DNA of 64,000 bases from the human T2T-CHM13v2.0 reference genome, Homo sapiens. The stretch is taken from assembly GCF_009914755.1 (NCBI RefSeq), contig NC_060948.1; one strand, written 5' to 3'. Positions 24,860-38,260 of this stretch are shown one piece after another; the first letter of the stretch is position 1; each line of letters starts with the position of its first letter. A program made the translations under genes and the position numbers. Under the pieces are notes generated by a model. The model did not search any database. It was not told the origin of the DNA and worked only from the letters and a program-made list of their open reading frames with translations.

Positions 24860-25115
24860 TGCATCTGTGTGTATATATGTATACCTACATATACATATAT
24901 GTATATGCATATGTATATGTTAGTATATGTATATATGTGTATGTATGTACACATGTGTATATACACAGATGTGGGTGTGTGTATTATGTGTTTATATGTA
25001 GTGTGTGTGTGTGTATGTATATATATATATATATATATACCTGTATTTGTGTGTATTTAAATATATATATATATATACCTGTATTTGTGTGTATTTATAT
25101 ATATATATATATATC
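24860..25115. repeat. Compound (TA)n/(TG)n microsatellite
   Basis: Seen directly; includes two copies of TATACCTGTATTTGTGTGTATTTA. Confidence 0.9.
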
Positions 25116-25358
25116 TCCTTTGTGTTACAATCAAATGATACTTAGTTATTGTTAAATGATAATTAAATTATTATTGACTATAGTCACCCTGTTGTGCTAT
25201 CAGGTACTAAATCTTATTCATTTTTTCTGCTATTTTTTGTACCTGTTAATCATCCCAACTTCCCCTTCACCACCACCCCCACTACCCTTCCCAGTTTTTG
25301 GTAAGCATCATTCCACACTCTATTCCCATGAATTCCATTGTTTTAATGTTTAGCTCCT
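25116..25358 (-). mobile_element. L1MA-type 3' UTR fragment
   Basis: TTATTGACTATAGTCACCCTGTTGTGCTATCA...TTTAGCTCC. Confidence 0.65.
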
Positions 25359-26832
25359 TTAATAATGTTAATTCTGCTGGGTCACTTTGTGTGTTAGTAG
25401 GGAACAGAGAGATACAGACAGAGAAAATAAACAGAGAAAGAGAGAGAGATAAGAGACAGAGATAAAGAGACAAATGGAAACAGCTGTTTTTTGTATATGA
25501 AGCATATATTTCTCATCATCTCTAGATGAAGAATTGTACATATGGTAACTTTCCAGAGTGGTTTTGTTGTGCACTGTCTTAGGTAACCTAGGACTACACA
25601 TTACAATATACTCTTCAGTCTCTGTTTCAGAGCCATTGCATTACTCAGACTTTAAAGCTTTCACAGACATTGCTGCCTTTTATTCTTATAATATTTCTCT
25701 AAGGTCAAACTAGGTGATATTTTTATTACCACTATCATCACTTTCTTGTTGTCTCATTTATATATGAGAATGCTGATAGGAACAAAACCAGAATTTGGTC
25801 TTTTCACACTGCCTGCTTATCTCTTTTTATTACACTGTGCTGGTAGTATTATGAGGTTCCTATGTGCATTCAATTTTGTAGCATATTGTCTGATACATAG
25901 TATCCAGAATAAACAGCATTAATAGTAACAATTAACAGTTCACATTAAAATGCCACTCACATTTAGTTTAAAAAAGTGGATATATATAAAAATAAGAAAA
26001 CCTAATTTAGTGGATTATCAATGTTCATACAGATCTCACATGAAACTGGACAAATACATTAATCCAGCAGCTAAAAATGCAAGTTTCCATATGTGTTCTT
26101 TTCCTAGAAATGTATGTATTGTTTAAGTCATTGTGCCATTTTGCATGTATACTCTTCTTGGCAAGTTTAGAGTTACAATATGTTTAAAGACGGACATGAA
26201 TCTTTGATAATTGCGTTCTCTCAACTGTAAGGCAGGTTTCTCCACAATCCCTTGAGTAACGCAAAACTACATTTTCAAGCAGAGTGGAACTAAAGTTCCC
26301 ACTACCCATCACCCTCTTTATAAAGGCATTAGGCTAATACCTTAATAAGGACTCTGTAAATAGCATTAAAGAACCACTTAAGATTTTTCCTTGAGAGCGT
26401 TGAGTTCTGTGTCACTGAAACATTTTGCTAGTAATTATTTGAGGGAAATTATCAACCGAGCAGAACAGAAGTGAAATTCTTGAAGCTACAAAATGTTTTT
26501 AATTTACTCTAGAAAAGAGTCCATTCACAAACTTGGAGGTCTCTTTTGCAATCTTTCAGTGGCATTGTCCTTACTGAACAAATGTTCTGACTCATTTTAA
26601 AATTATCTTTGATACAGTGGCTGTAATATCACCCCCTCTTCAGAGTTCTTCAGAAGATCCTTTGAAACTCTTTTTGAATTTAAATATACATTTACAATGT
26701 CATGGTTGTAAGGCAGAGTGCTGCAACCCTTCTTTTTGTTTCTCAAGAGCCAGGTAATGTTTTAGAATTTTCACTCTGTATACACAATAAGCAATACAGA
26801 GAAAATTATGTAGGTATATATACAACTGGTTA

Positions 26833-27290
26833 TTTTTTTTTTTTCAACTTTTAAGTTCAGGGATACACGTGCAGATTTCTTACATAGGAAAATGTGTGTC
26901 ATGGGGGTTTGCTGTGCAGATTATTTCATCACTCAGGTATTCCCATTAGTTATTTTTCCTGATGCTCTCACTTTTCCCACCCTCCATCCTCTGATATGCC
27001 CCAGTGTGTGTTGTTCCCCTCTATATGTCCATGAGTTCTCATCATTTAGCTCCCACTTATGAGAGAGAACATGCAGCATTTGGATTTCTGTTCTTGCATT
27101 AGTTTGCAAACGATAATGGCCTCCAGCTCTATCTATATCCCTGCAAAAAACATGAGCTCATTCTTTTTTATGGCTTTATAGTTTTTCATGGTGTATATGT
27201 ACCACATTTTCTTCATGCAGTCTGTAATTAATGTGCATTTAGGTTGATTCAATGTCATTACTTGTGAATAGTGCTGCAATGAATATAAGA
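26833..27290 (-). mobile_element. Older L1PA/PB 3' end fragment
   Basis: Poly-T followed by TTTTAAGTTCAGGGATACACGTGCAG...GTGAATAGTGCTGCAATGAA. Confidence 0.8.
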
Positions 27291-28415
27291 ACCATTCTTA
27301 ACACACCAGTAATTAAAAAACTGTACCAAAGAGGCAAACATGGCAGCTGGTCAGATTTAGTTCACTGATAAGATTTAGTTCACTGTCCTCTGTCTGAATG
27401 TATCAAAATGGTCTAATTTATGAGTAGTGATTTTAGTAGTAATAATACTATTAAAAATAATCCAAGTAATTGAAATTTACCTGTTGACTCTTATTAATCA
27501 TTTTACATTCATTACGATATTTGATTCAGGTGAGTCCCTTTGTTTCAACTGTCATTGTAAGTGCCATCCCTATTTGGAGATTTAAGGAGGGGACTAATTT
27601 GATTTAATTCCATAAGAATAGAATGATCTTTTGTCTAAGATGTTCATAAAATGCTTTTTGGGATCAGCTGGCAATGAATGATGGATCAGCAGTTCTGAGC
27701 ACTGTTTTATTGACACTGCCTTCTACAAGACAGGATTTAGAGAAAAACAATAGGCAGTACATAATACCACTTAATCCTCAGAAGGATTTTAGAGGATAAA
27801 AGATGTGTAGGCAAGTTTCCAGTAGGGACTGTGGACTTTTCCCTATTTGCTGTTTTGATCCCAGACTCAGCCACATGTGTTACCTCTCCCAGCACAAATG
27901 CAATTTTCATCACAGACACTTGTCTACTGTTTGCACACTGAAATACAAACAAGCCTAAATTCATCTTGCAAAAATCATTCTTATGTCTAAAGCAATAGAT
28001 ATTTCTACATAAATAGATGTTTACATAGGTTGTACAGGTATGTTGTAGAATGATCTATCCACTCAACCTCATGAATTCCATAGAGAAAAATAATCGACAT
28101 GGTGCCTGCTGTCATCTCAACGAGGCAGCAGAAGATGATAAATCATTACATGCTATGGCAGAATATGCGTGATTAGTTTCTTTGCAATGAAGTAGAACAA
28201 ATCTGAACCCTCAGGTCAGGAAGTCCAGCTCCCTCATGATCTCACTGGTAAAGGATCATCCTGTGGTTATTAACCTCTCTTTTCCCCTTTGCTCCACACT
28301 TAAGAGTTTGAAATTGAACTAGAAGAAATCGAATAGAAAGAGTTTTAAGATTTCAGCCAGATAGAAACCCTTCAACTATTTTCTCTTTCACAACCCTTGC
28401 TTTAAGAATGTAACT

Positions 28416-28712
28416 GACACAGGGTGCAGTGACTCACACCACTAATCCCAACATTTTGAGAGGCTAAGGCAGGAGGATCGCTTGAGCCAAGGAATTTGAG
28501 ACACACCTGGCCAACAAGGAAAAAACCCATCTATACAAAAAAAAAATTTAAAAATTAGCCAGGCATGTGGCATGCACCTGTAGTATCAGCTACTCAGGAG
28601 GCTGACATGGTGGGATCAGCTGAGCCCCCAGGTTGAGGCTACAGTGAGCCATGATCACATCACTACACTGCAGCCTGTGTAACAGAGTGTGACCCTGTCT
28701 CAAAGGGAAAAA
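28416..28712 (+). mobile_element. AluJ element
   Basis: Dimeric Alu similarity. Confidence 0.85.
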
Positions 28713-29141
28713 GAGAGGATTTATCTTGGAATCTACTAGATTCGTATGACCCAGCATGTGGCTGCTTGAATACTACCACAACAACTATTCTATGGAATCG
28801 GCCTTGTAACAGTCATGTTTTGTGTTGGGGTCTATTCAAACATGCAGCACCATAAACCTCTCAAAATAAATACTTTAGATAATACTTTCTCTTTTGTTGC
28901 CCCACATTATTTTTGTACAGTGAAGATACATTTATTAGTTTAAAATTAAGGTAATTTAAAAGTTTTTTATTATGTAAAGTACACACAGCCTAAAATGTAC
29001 AACTTTAACAATTTTTAAGTGTTTGCTTCAGTAGTAATTAGGAACACTCACATTGTTATGTAAGCCAATCTCCAGAATTCTTTCTTTTTTTTTAACTTTT
29101 ATTTTATGTTCAGGCATACACATGTAGGTCTGTTATTTAGT

Positions 29142-29484
29142 TGATATGGCTTGAATCTGTGTCCCAACCCAAATCTCATCTCCAACTGTAATCACCAGTT
29201 GTGCAGGGAGAGACATGGTGGGAGGTGGTTGGATCTTGAGGGTAGTTTCCCCCATGCTGTTCTTGTGATAGTGAGGAAGTTCTCCCAAGATCTGATGGTT
29301 CAAATGTGACAGTTCCCCTGCTCTCCCTCTCCTTCCTGCCACCTTGTAAAGAAAGCTCCTACTTCCCCTTCACGTTTCATCATGATTGTAAGTTTCCTGA
29401 GGCTTTCTCAGCCATGTGGAATTGAGAGTCAATTAAACCTCTTTCCTTTATAAACTACCCAGTCTCAGGGTGTTCCTTACAGCA
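29142..29484 (+). mobile_element. THE1/MST (MaLR) LTR missing its last ~20 bp
   Basis: TGATATGGCTTGAATCTGTGTCCCAACCCAAATCTCATC...ATTAAACCTCTTTCCTTTATAAACTACCCAGTCTCAGG; terminal GACTAATACA is absent. Confidence 0.85.
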
Positions 29485-29486
29485 TG

Positions 29487-31716
29487 CTAAAAACAAGCTG
29501 ATAAAACAGAGAAACATAATTCCAAAATTTACTACAGTGGAGGCCCCAATAGACTTAATCCAAGTCATGGGATTTAGTCCAGAAAGACTTTCTGCCACCT
29601 GATCTAATGCCTCAACTCCAGGCACAATGAATAAATGAGCCTGAGAGGCTTCAAAAATTTGTTTCTTTAATTTAGTTATGTCCAAGGATAAATTATCTTC
29701 CCTACCCAGAAGGTGTCCTTTGTCCATTTCCCATGAATGATCAGTCTCATTGTAGGAATGTGGTGTGATACAGAAATCAGAAGTATTCCAATCGCACTGC
29801 ATTTGCACGCGATGTTTGAGACTTACTACCCGATCTCCAAGCCAAATAACAGATTGTCTTAGATCATTAATTTGATTAGCTAATTTTTGATCGAAGCCTT
29901 GTTGAGACTCCACATTTGGTTGGAATTGGCTTGCCAATCATTAACAAAATGAGCCGTTTGAATAGATCGGTGTAATGCCAACCCAGCAGTGGTGGCCAGT
30001 GCAGTGACTGTAATTAGGTCCATGATCACAGCGATTAAAGTGAAAACAAATCTCTTAGATCTTTTAAAAATTCGTTGTAACACTTCATTAATTAAATGTA
30101 CTGAGGGGGAAGATTCCCAAGGTCTGGGTAAAGTTACTGGTATCTAGATTTCTTTTTGAGCTTGAACCAATATTACACTTTTCCAGGAGTCAAAACAGAA
30201 GTTAACACAGGTGTGTAAATGACAATTAATGCATGGGACAGTTTGATTGTTCATTCAAATTTTGATATTTCCCACTAACAGCATGTAAGGAGGCTTAACA
30301 CAACTCTGTATAGGAATATACAGGTTGGAGGTAAACAAAGCAGAATGTCTGAATCTACATTGATACTGAGGGAGAAGAGTGGCAGTGGCCATGCCCGATG
30401 TCCTCTGCTGTAAAGAAGCAATCTGAAGTGCCTGGGGATGCCAAAGAAGCAGAAGGGCATACCTAGGTTGAGAAGAATTATCATAAGGCCAATTGGAGTC
30501 CCATAAAGGAGGATTGGCATCACAAAGAGGAAGAGGATTCAAAGGGGATTTATCATGGTGTTCAGAATCACAGATGTGAGGGGCGGTAGTGGGGACAACA
30601 CACAGAAAAGTTTCCCCTTTCTATACTCGCAGTCCAGACATGGCAATCACCATTTTCCAAAATTCTTGGTGTTCTGGGCTCAGAATGGGGAATATCATAT
30701 GAGGCCTTGTGGGGGGTAATGCCCTTATGTTTCCATTTTAAGTGAAAGAATGAGCTGAACCTCCTATGCAAAGTAGGATGATGATCCTCATCCTCCCAAT
30801 AAGAAATAAAATAAGTAGTCTCCAGGCATTCCCTTCCATCAGAGAGGCAATTGTTTTTTAAATAGCCCTTTGGTACCGAGTCTATTACTAAACCATATGA
30901 GTCATTTTTTAATACTATTGCATCTGAGTTAACACAGTCTTCCCAAATTAAAGTTTTAGATGGGCCCTCAAAATTTTTAGGACATGTTTTTCCTACAGGT
31001 TTATATTGAAAGTATGGGGTATCTCCTATTACTCCCCCTTTCATTTGTCTTAAGGGAGACAGGGAGAGGCCAGTGACCAAATGTCTGAATTATCTTGTAG
31101 CTCATATCTTTGGAAGATAAGCAGCCTCCACTTGAGTTTCTGGATAGACACAACCAGGTGCATGTCTGAGGCAAAGAGGAGGGTATTTATAACCCATAGT
31201 AACATTAAATGCAGTGTCTTATTCTCCTGGTTGAGTGAGGCAATGGTCATCTGTGGCTCCAGGCATCCACACACTATAGTTAGTATGGATTTCTGCAGGA
31301 GCATCCATCCAGGTGAGAGGTCGAATGAGTGGAGGAAAAGGCACATAAGCCCAGTAAGAACAATTTTATGCAGCAGGTAAATCAGTTTTAGGGGACACTA
31401 GTGAGACATAAATTACAAGGAGGAAAATTATTAAATAAAACCTATTGTAAGTGAGACCCAGTGCTGAAGGAGGAAGAGAAGAATGGAGGGATGTTATTTT
31501 CAAGCTAATAGAAATGGTGAGATTTTTAAGTTTGTAAGGAGAAAAAGAAAGGTAATTAGGAGAAGTGGGATGAGTTAGAGGGGTCTCTGTTGCTATTACG
31601 GAGGATTGAATCAGACCCATTTTGATTTGGCTTGTCAGTTTCTGAGGAGTTGGCCCAGATCTCACTAGGTATGAGGGCAGTCTCTGATGAGGATGTCTTT
31701 TTCCTGGGGTTTTCAT
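29487..31716 (-). pseudogene. env: HML-8 env remnant
   Basis: Furin site and fusion peptide [18 protein letters not shown]; TM segment [18 protein letters not shown]...[12 protein letters not shown]; truncated in the membrane anchor. Confidence 0.88.
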
Positions 31717-31719
31717 TGT

Positions 31720-32235
31720 CAGTATTCACATGAAGTTTAAGTCTTCTAGTGGCACCCAGACAGGGCATTGATGATCTCCTGGTGAAACACAAGCATACCT
31801 TCTTCCCCACTTTATAATTGTTCCAGCTTCCCAGATATTGGTTTGGGAGTTTTTCCATAACACTGGCTTGCCTTCATTTAGGGAGAATTTTTTGCCTATA
31901 TAATGGCATTCAGCTGCAGTCAGAGTATTGTCTTTAGCAACATTTAGAAAATTTAAAGTAAATAATGCTGAATGTAATTGGGAGTGGGGAGTGGTTAAAT
32001 TATGTTTTCATTTTTCAGACATTTTGGAAATTGAGTTTTTAAAGTGTGATTGGCTCATTCCACCACAGCCTGTCCCTGAGGATTGTAAGGGATTCCAGTA
32101 TTATGGGAAATTACACATTATTGCATAAATAAATCAAAAGCCTTACTAATATATCCAGGGGTGTTGCCTGTTTTTATTTGATATGGAAGACCCATAACTG
32201 CAAAGCAAGAATACTTATGTCTTTTAACATGGGCC
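31720..32235 (-). pseudogene. pol: HML-8 integrase C-terminal remnant
   Basis: AHVKRH...[25 protein letters not shown] integrase-core similarity. Confidence 0.8.
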
Positions 32236-32900
32236 ATGATATAAGGCTGAATTGTACCCTTTTGACCATCAGGGCCAGTGTAAGGCAAGATAAATGTGCT
32301 CTGGTGAACTTCATTAGCTTTTCCAGCACCTACTAGTCTCATGTTGGAGGGATGTTTAAGCCAGGAGAAAGGCCATAAATTAGAAGAAATAATAGAAACA
32401 TTAGCCCTGGTATATACTAGGCCCTCAAACTTTTTTCCTCAAATGTGTATGGTGCAGGTAGGATGTTGCTCAGAAATTACATTAATCCAATAAGTGGCTT
32501 TTTCACCACTGGAGCCCATCCCAGGGCCCCATATATTATCTCCTTTGTTTAAAATGATATTAGGTAATAAAAGTAATTGAGCAATTGACTCACTGGCCAG
32601 AATGGAAACAGGAACCTTGGCAGACACTGTAAGTTTAATCTCATCAGAGGAATCAGTATTAATGAGACCAGTATGAACTGTGATACCTTTAGCAGAGGTG
32701 GATGCCCTAGCTAACACCACCCTCACCAAAACTTGAGGTAAAGGGCCAGTGACCACCATGGGGACAATTAAAGGCAAAGAATTAGGTAGTAAATTTAGAG
32801 GAATGGTACTACAGGGATCGACCGCCCCACCCCCTACTGTGGAGGTAGACGAGCATTGTACTGAGACAGAAGAAGAGGCCGGGACCCATCTGGGTTGGCC
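32236..32900 (-). pseudogene. pro: HML-8 dUTPase-protease remnant
   Basis: dUTPase motifs GGGAVD, ARASTSAKGITVHTGLINTD, IAQLLLLP, GPGMGSSG; protease [13 protein letters not shown]. Confidence 0.85.
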
Positions 32901-32905
32901 GTAGG

Positions 32906-34976
32906 TCAATTTGTTTGTGCTGGGGAATGAACTGGGGCCTCTTGAAGTGGAAATGCAACATTGGTCTGAGTCTGAGGTGTCCCATTTGATACTGGGGCCT
33001 GGGACTGGCCCCACTTCCTGTTTCCCTGGTTCTGTGGCAGGGGGTTTCCATCTATATCAGACTTAGAGTGACAACTACTTGCCCTGTGTTTACCTTTATG
33101 ACAACGTGGGCAAACAGTAGCAGGAGCATTTGGCCATGTTTTTTGAGCTGGCTTGGCTGCTTTTAAGTTTTTAACAGTGCACTTTTTTTGAGTATAACCA
33201 AGTTGAGCACAATTATAGCAGGCTCCAAGAAACGAATCAGTTGAGCCAGTTTGATTGCTATCCTTCATGGCCCATGCCCACAGAATAGCTTTGTGGGTCT
33301 CCAATCCAATGCCTTCACAAGCTTTAATATATGCAGGCAACACCTCATGATCAGGTAAACTTCATCGTTTTGACGGAACGCATGGCCATTTTACACTCAT
33401 GGTTCACATTCTCAAAAGTTGACATACGAACGACAATATCTTGAGTGCGCTCATCAGAGACAGAATTTGGAACTGCATTGTGTAATTTGGCCAAAAAATC
33501 AGGATAGAATTTATTGTGTCCCTGTTTAACAGTAGTAAAAGAAACAGGAGCTTGGCCTGGGGCGTGTAATTTATCCCAAACTCTCATACACAGCTTTGTT
33601 ACTTGTTCCGTGGTGAGAGCATCAAAGCCTAATTGGGCAGTAGTGTCAGAGTAATTATTGGAGTCTGTGAACTGAGATGGAGCAATTAGAATGCCACCAG
33701 CCCAATTTAGCTGAGTCTGCAGATGAGCCTCTTCTGACCACCAGGTATGGAACTGTAAATGCTGAGATGGAGTTAGAACAGCTTTTGCCAAAAGGCCCCA
33801 GTCTAAAGGAAGCAAAATGATCTCAGTAGAAATAGTCTGTAATACCATTTTAACACATGGAGAAGTAGAACCAAACTGAGTACAAACATCCTTGAATTCT
33901 CTTAAAAAGGTAAGATTAAGCAGTGTATATGGATGCACTTGTATACCTTGAGCATTGGGAGGTTCCAGGGTGACCAGATAAGCCCACGCCTCTAATGCAG
34001 TTGTTTCTTTGTTGTGTCATAATAAGCATTGCATGGAAGTTTCAAGAACAGGCACATGAGACGGAGTCAGCATAGAAGTGACATGAAAAGTATATGTAGA
34101 TAAGGGAAACTGAGGTTAAGGAGGTCAGACTGGTATGAGAGTGTGAGAAAGGGGCATTGGGGGAGCAGAAGAGGCAGGTGCATACTGGTGATTATTGTCC
34201 CAATTCTGTGCAACCAGAGTGGCAGGGGTATCCTTGTGCAAAGAAGGATACAGAGAAGCAGGTTGAGTGGATGGCAAAGTGACCAGTTGAGGCATCAAAA
34301 TGACAGGAGGGTGAGGGGCTGTGGTGGACAGAAGAGGGCCTGTAGAATTGCAGGTAAATTGCAGTTTGGTCCCAGAGTCATTAGGTGGCTCTGGAGACAA
34401 ATCCTGCAAAGGTTTGAAGAGGGAAGAGTTAGCATAGATATGGTCCCAGACTGTTCAAGTCAGGGCTGCAGGAGCTACAAGTATCAGCTCTTTGTGCAAA
34501 GAAATAAGATCATCAGAGTGTGATGTTAAGCCAAAGTCACCGGAGTTAGATATTGAATTCTCAATATCATCAGGTGGGGGAGGAGTAGGTAAAGGGAGAG
34601 GCTGAGCAGATAACGAAGGCCAAGTGGGAGAGAAAAGCTGAGGAAGAGGTAGAGGGTCACCAGATTCAGGAAACTGTGGTAACTGCAGGGTGTCACAGGA
34701 TTAATATGTCACTAGGATGTCACGTACCAAGTCCCAATCACCCCAAACAGTGATGGGAACATAGTTTCCTGTCGGGACCAGTTCCCCAGAATTTTGCACC
34801 AACATGATCCCATAGTTCCACATCTAACATTGCCTTTTCAGGAAACAAGGACAGTGTTCTTCCACTGCCCTGAATAGAGTGACCATATTTTTCATGGGAA
34901 CCTGAACTCCACCTGATTTTAACAGAAGTTTAATATACCAGAGATAAGCATAATGTTTAGATTCTGCATGACCCAT
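32906..34976 (-). pseudogene. gag: HML-8 gag remnant
   Basis: Start MGHAESKHYAYL at 34976; MHR-like VKQGHNKFYPDFLAKL; two zinc knuckles CYNCAQLGYTQKKC and CPRCHKGKHRASSC. Confidence 0.88.
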
Positions 34977-35111
34977 AGTTACCCCAGACAATACACAGAC
35001 AACTCACCAATTTTCAGGGAGCAAACAAGCATTTCTGTGGACCAGACTGATGAACGTTTCACCACACCTACCAAAGGGAATCAGGTTCCCACATGCACTT
35101 AGGAAAAAGAA

Positions 35112-35129
35112 AACCACATTGGTGTGCCA
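35112..35129 (-). promoter_or_regulatory. Decayed tRNA-Lys-type primer binding site
   Basis: Minus strand TGGCACACCAATGTGGTT next to the LTR end. Confidence 0.65.
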
Positions 35130-35131
35130 AA

Positions 35132-36061
35132 TATCAGGGAATCCCACCTCCAATATTTCAATGTAGGTTCTTTCTATTTTCCATAATCAGACTGTGATGT
35201 CCACCTGAGCCACAAATCCATCAAGCTTTTATTAAGGATCTCAAAAGGGGAAGGAGTGTACAAACAGGGAGTAGGTCACATGCTTCAGGGGGCAAAAACC
35301 ACAGCAAAGATCACATGCTTCTGAGGAAACAGGACAAAGGGAAAAAGGCAGAAACTCCTGATAAGGGTCTATGTTCAGCAGTGCATGTATTGTCTTGATA
35401 GACATCTTAACAGAAAGTAGAGTTTGACAGCAGAGAACTGGTGTGACCAAAAATTTACCAGGATGGAGTTTCCCAATCCTAGTAAGCCTGAGGGTACTGC
35501 AGGAGACCAAGGTGTATCTCAGTCCTTATCTCAACCACATAGGACACACATTCCCAGAGCAGCTGTTTATAGAACTTGCCCCAGGAATGCATTTCTTTCC
35601 CAGGGTCTTAATATTAATATTATTTGCTAGGAAAGGAATTTAGTGATATCTTCCCTACTTGCATGTAGGGATTGCATTTATAGGCTCTCTGCAAGAAGAA
35701 AAATATGGCTCTGTTTTGCCCAATCCCACAGGCAGTCAGGCCTTATGGTTGTCTTCCCTTGTTCTCTGAAAATCACTGTTATTCTGTTCTTTTTCAAGGT
35801 GCACTGATTTCATATTGTTCAAACACACATGTTTTACAATCAATTTGTACAGTTAACACAATTATCATAGTGGCCGTGAGGTGACATACATCCTCAGCTT
35901 ACGAAGATAACAGGAGTAAGAGAATAAAATAAGACAGGTGTAAGAAATTATGAAAAAATTATTTGGGAACTGGTAAATGTCCATGAAATCTTTACAATTT
36001 ACGTTTCTCTGCTACAGCTCCAGCAGGTCCCTCTGTTAGGGGTCCCTGACTTCCTGCAACA
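35132..36061 (-). mobile_element. MER11A-like 5' LTR of HML-8
   Basis: Minus strand TGTTGCAGGAAGTCAGGGACCCC...GAAATATTGGAGGTGGGATTCCCTGATA. Confidence 0.9.
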
Positions 36062-36149
36062 ACATGGATCAAGATTTTTAGTTTATATGATCCCCATGTT
36101 TCTTGAAGCTACAACATGCAAGTAAAAAATGAACTGATCCTGAGGGAGT

Positions 36150-37052
36150 GTCAAAACTAGAGCTCATGGAAAAAACACATTTAAAAACCTCCTACAAAGG
36201 AATACCCTCATTACAAACTGCACACAATTCCCACTGATAAAACCCTCCTGAAGATAAGTTCACAATCAAAAATCACAATATATGTGAAGTCACAACCCAA
36301 TGCTCATGAAGGCCAAAATGAAGATCAAAAGGCACAACAAAATTCCCACTGATAAAACCCTCCTGAAGATGAGTTCACAAAAATCACAATACATGTGAAG
36401 TTCCAAACCAATGCTCAGGATTGTCAAAAGGCACAAACAGCAATATAATCACAATAACATAATACATAATTAGGTTTGGATTATGAAAAGCATTTAGAAT
36501 AGAAGGAGCACAAGAGATAAGAGGAAGATACTGTAAATAAACAACAGATGGATTTGAAATAAATATGAGAACTTATAGAAGTAAAAACCAAGCCATAGAA
36601 CCTAAACCTCAATAGGTAAATTAAAGACCAGATTACACGTGACTAAACTGAGAAAGAAATGAATGGGGAGATGTGAAAAATCACTTAGAATGCAGCACAT
36701 AAATATCAACAGATAGATTGTATCAAAGTGTGTTTGAGAGAGAAGGAGGGTACATGGAAGAGATTCAGGATACAATGACTAAAATGTGTTGGAGAATAAC
36801 AGCATTCTGAGGATAAGGAATAAACAATATTCCAAAAGATAATGATGGCAATATTCCAGAATCATATGAAACAGGAATATATGAGTCATGAAAAAAGTGA
36901 ACTCCAAGTAGGAGAAATAAAGGCAAGTCCACACCCCAGCATATCAAACTGAAATTCAAGAAAGGGCAAGTGAAAACCTACCAAAGCAACTAGAATAAAC
37001 AAAATATGGTATACAACCAGATAATAATAGGAGCAGTACAGCTTAGAGTAGG

Positions 37053-37085
<33 letters not shown>

Positions 37086-37118
37086 ATTCTCTCTCTCTAT
37101 ATATATATGTAGATATAG

Positions 37119-37156
<38 letters not shown>

Positions 37157-37700
37157 AGCAAATGTATATAGTTCTATTTATGAATACACACACATACTTC
37201 AACAAAACAATCAGTAAAAGGAAAAAATCTCCATAGAACACATTAAATGAAAAGAATAGTATTTCAATAAAGAAAAACACCTGAATGACCAATTACACAT
37301 GAAAAGGCATCTTTTTTTCCTGGTCAGGGAAATTCAATTTAAAACAGCTATGAGACTCCACTAAAATTGACAAAAAGAAAAGTTACAATATCAAGAAGAG
37401 AGGAAGACAAGAAGCCAAAGGTGATCCCTTGCTCTGTTGGAGGGAGTGTGAATTGGTGAAACAACTTTGAGACACTGTCTTGAAACCTCAGGATAATTGA
37501 ACATGTGTTCAGACTACCAGTCAGCTTTCTACTTGAGGGAAGCTCGAGTTATGTGTGCAGTGTCATTGACAAGAATGCCTAGAGTAACTTGCGTGGAATA
37601 ATGAAAAGTTAGAAACTGCCAACATTGTAATAATCAATAAGATGAATAAACTACAGTTGTAGTTATCAGTTCACTTAATCTCAAAGTTAACTATAAATGA
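36150..37700 (+). mobile_element. Ancient L1M(E) fragments with an embedded (TA)n/(GA)n microsatellite (37053-37158)
   Basis: A-rich sequence with degenerate L1 ORF1-like and ORF2 C-terminal motifs. Confidence 0.55.
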
Positions 37701-37711
37701 AGAATGACCTT

Positions 37712-38260
37712 CAGAATGAAACATTTACTTAAATTTGACAAATGAACCTCTATCTTTATATCTATTATCTGTCTTTATGTCTATCTATATATCTATTATC
37801 TATCTATTTATATATCTACCTGTCTACTTGTATACCTACCTATTATCTATGTATCCAATATTCCATCTATTCTATCATCTATTATTTATGTCATTTGTTG
37901 ACCTATCATCTATCTACTCTATCATCTATCATGTTGCCCAAATACAGAATGAAATATTTACTTAAATTTGACAAATGAACCTCTATCTTTATATCTATTA
38001 TCTATCTTTATATCTATCTATATATCCATCTATTATCTATTTATCTATCTACCTGTCTACTTGTATACCTACCTATTATCTATGTATCCAATATTCCATC
38101 TATTCTATCATCTATTATTTATGTCATTTATTGACCTATCATCTATCTACTCTATCATCTATTCTATGATCTATCATCTACCTATCTTTTCATCTATCAT
38201 CTACCTGTTTATCTGTCTGTCTTCTATTTTGTATCTACCATCTATCTATATCTACTTATA
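37712..38260. repeat. Degenerate (TCTA)n region containing a 233-bp-period tandem duplication
   Basis: 37712-37929 is repeated at 37945-38162; the near-identical paired ORFs in the track are offset by 233. Confidence 0.92.

Larger units (their letters stand above)
29487..35131 (-). mobile_element. HERV-K(HML-8) / HERVK11 internal region, lacking most of pol and the 3' LTR
   Basis: Betaretroviral gag, dUTPase-protease, integrase and env remnants downstream of a MER11 LTR. Confidence 0.9.

Noticed and set aside
24824-25155. Tyr/Ile/Val/Cys-rich ORFs here and at 36886-39680
   Set aside because: They are translations of microsatellites.
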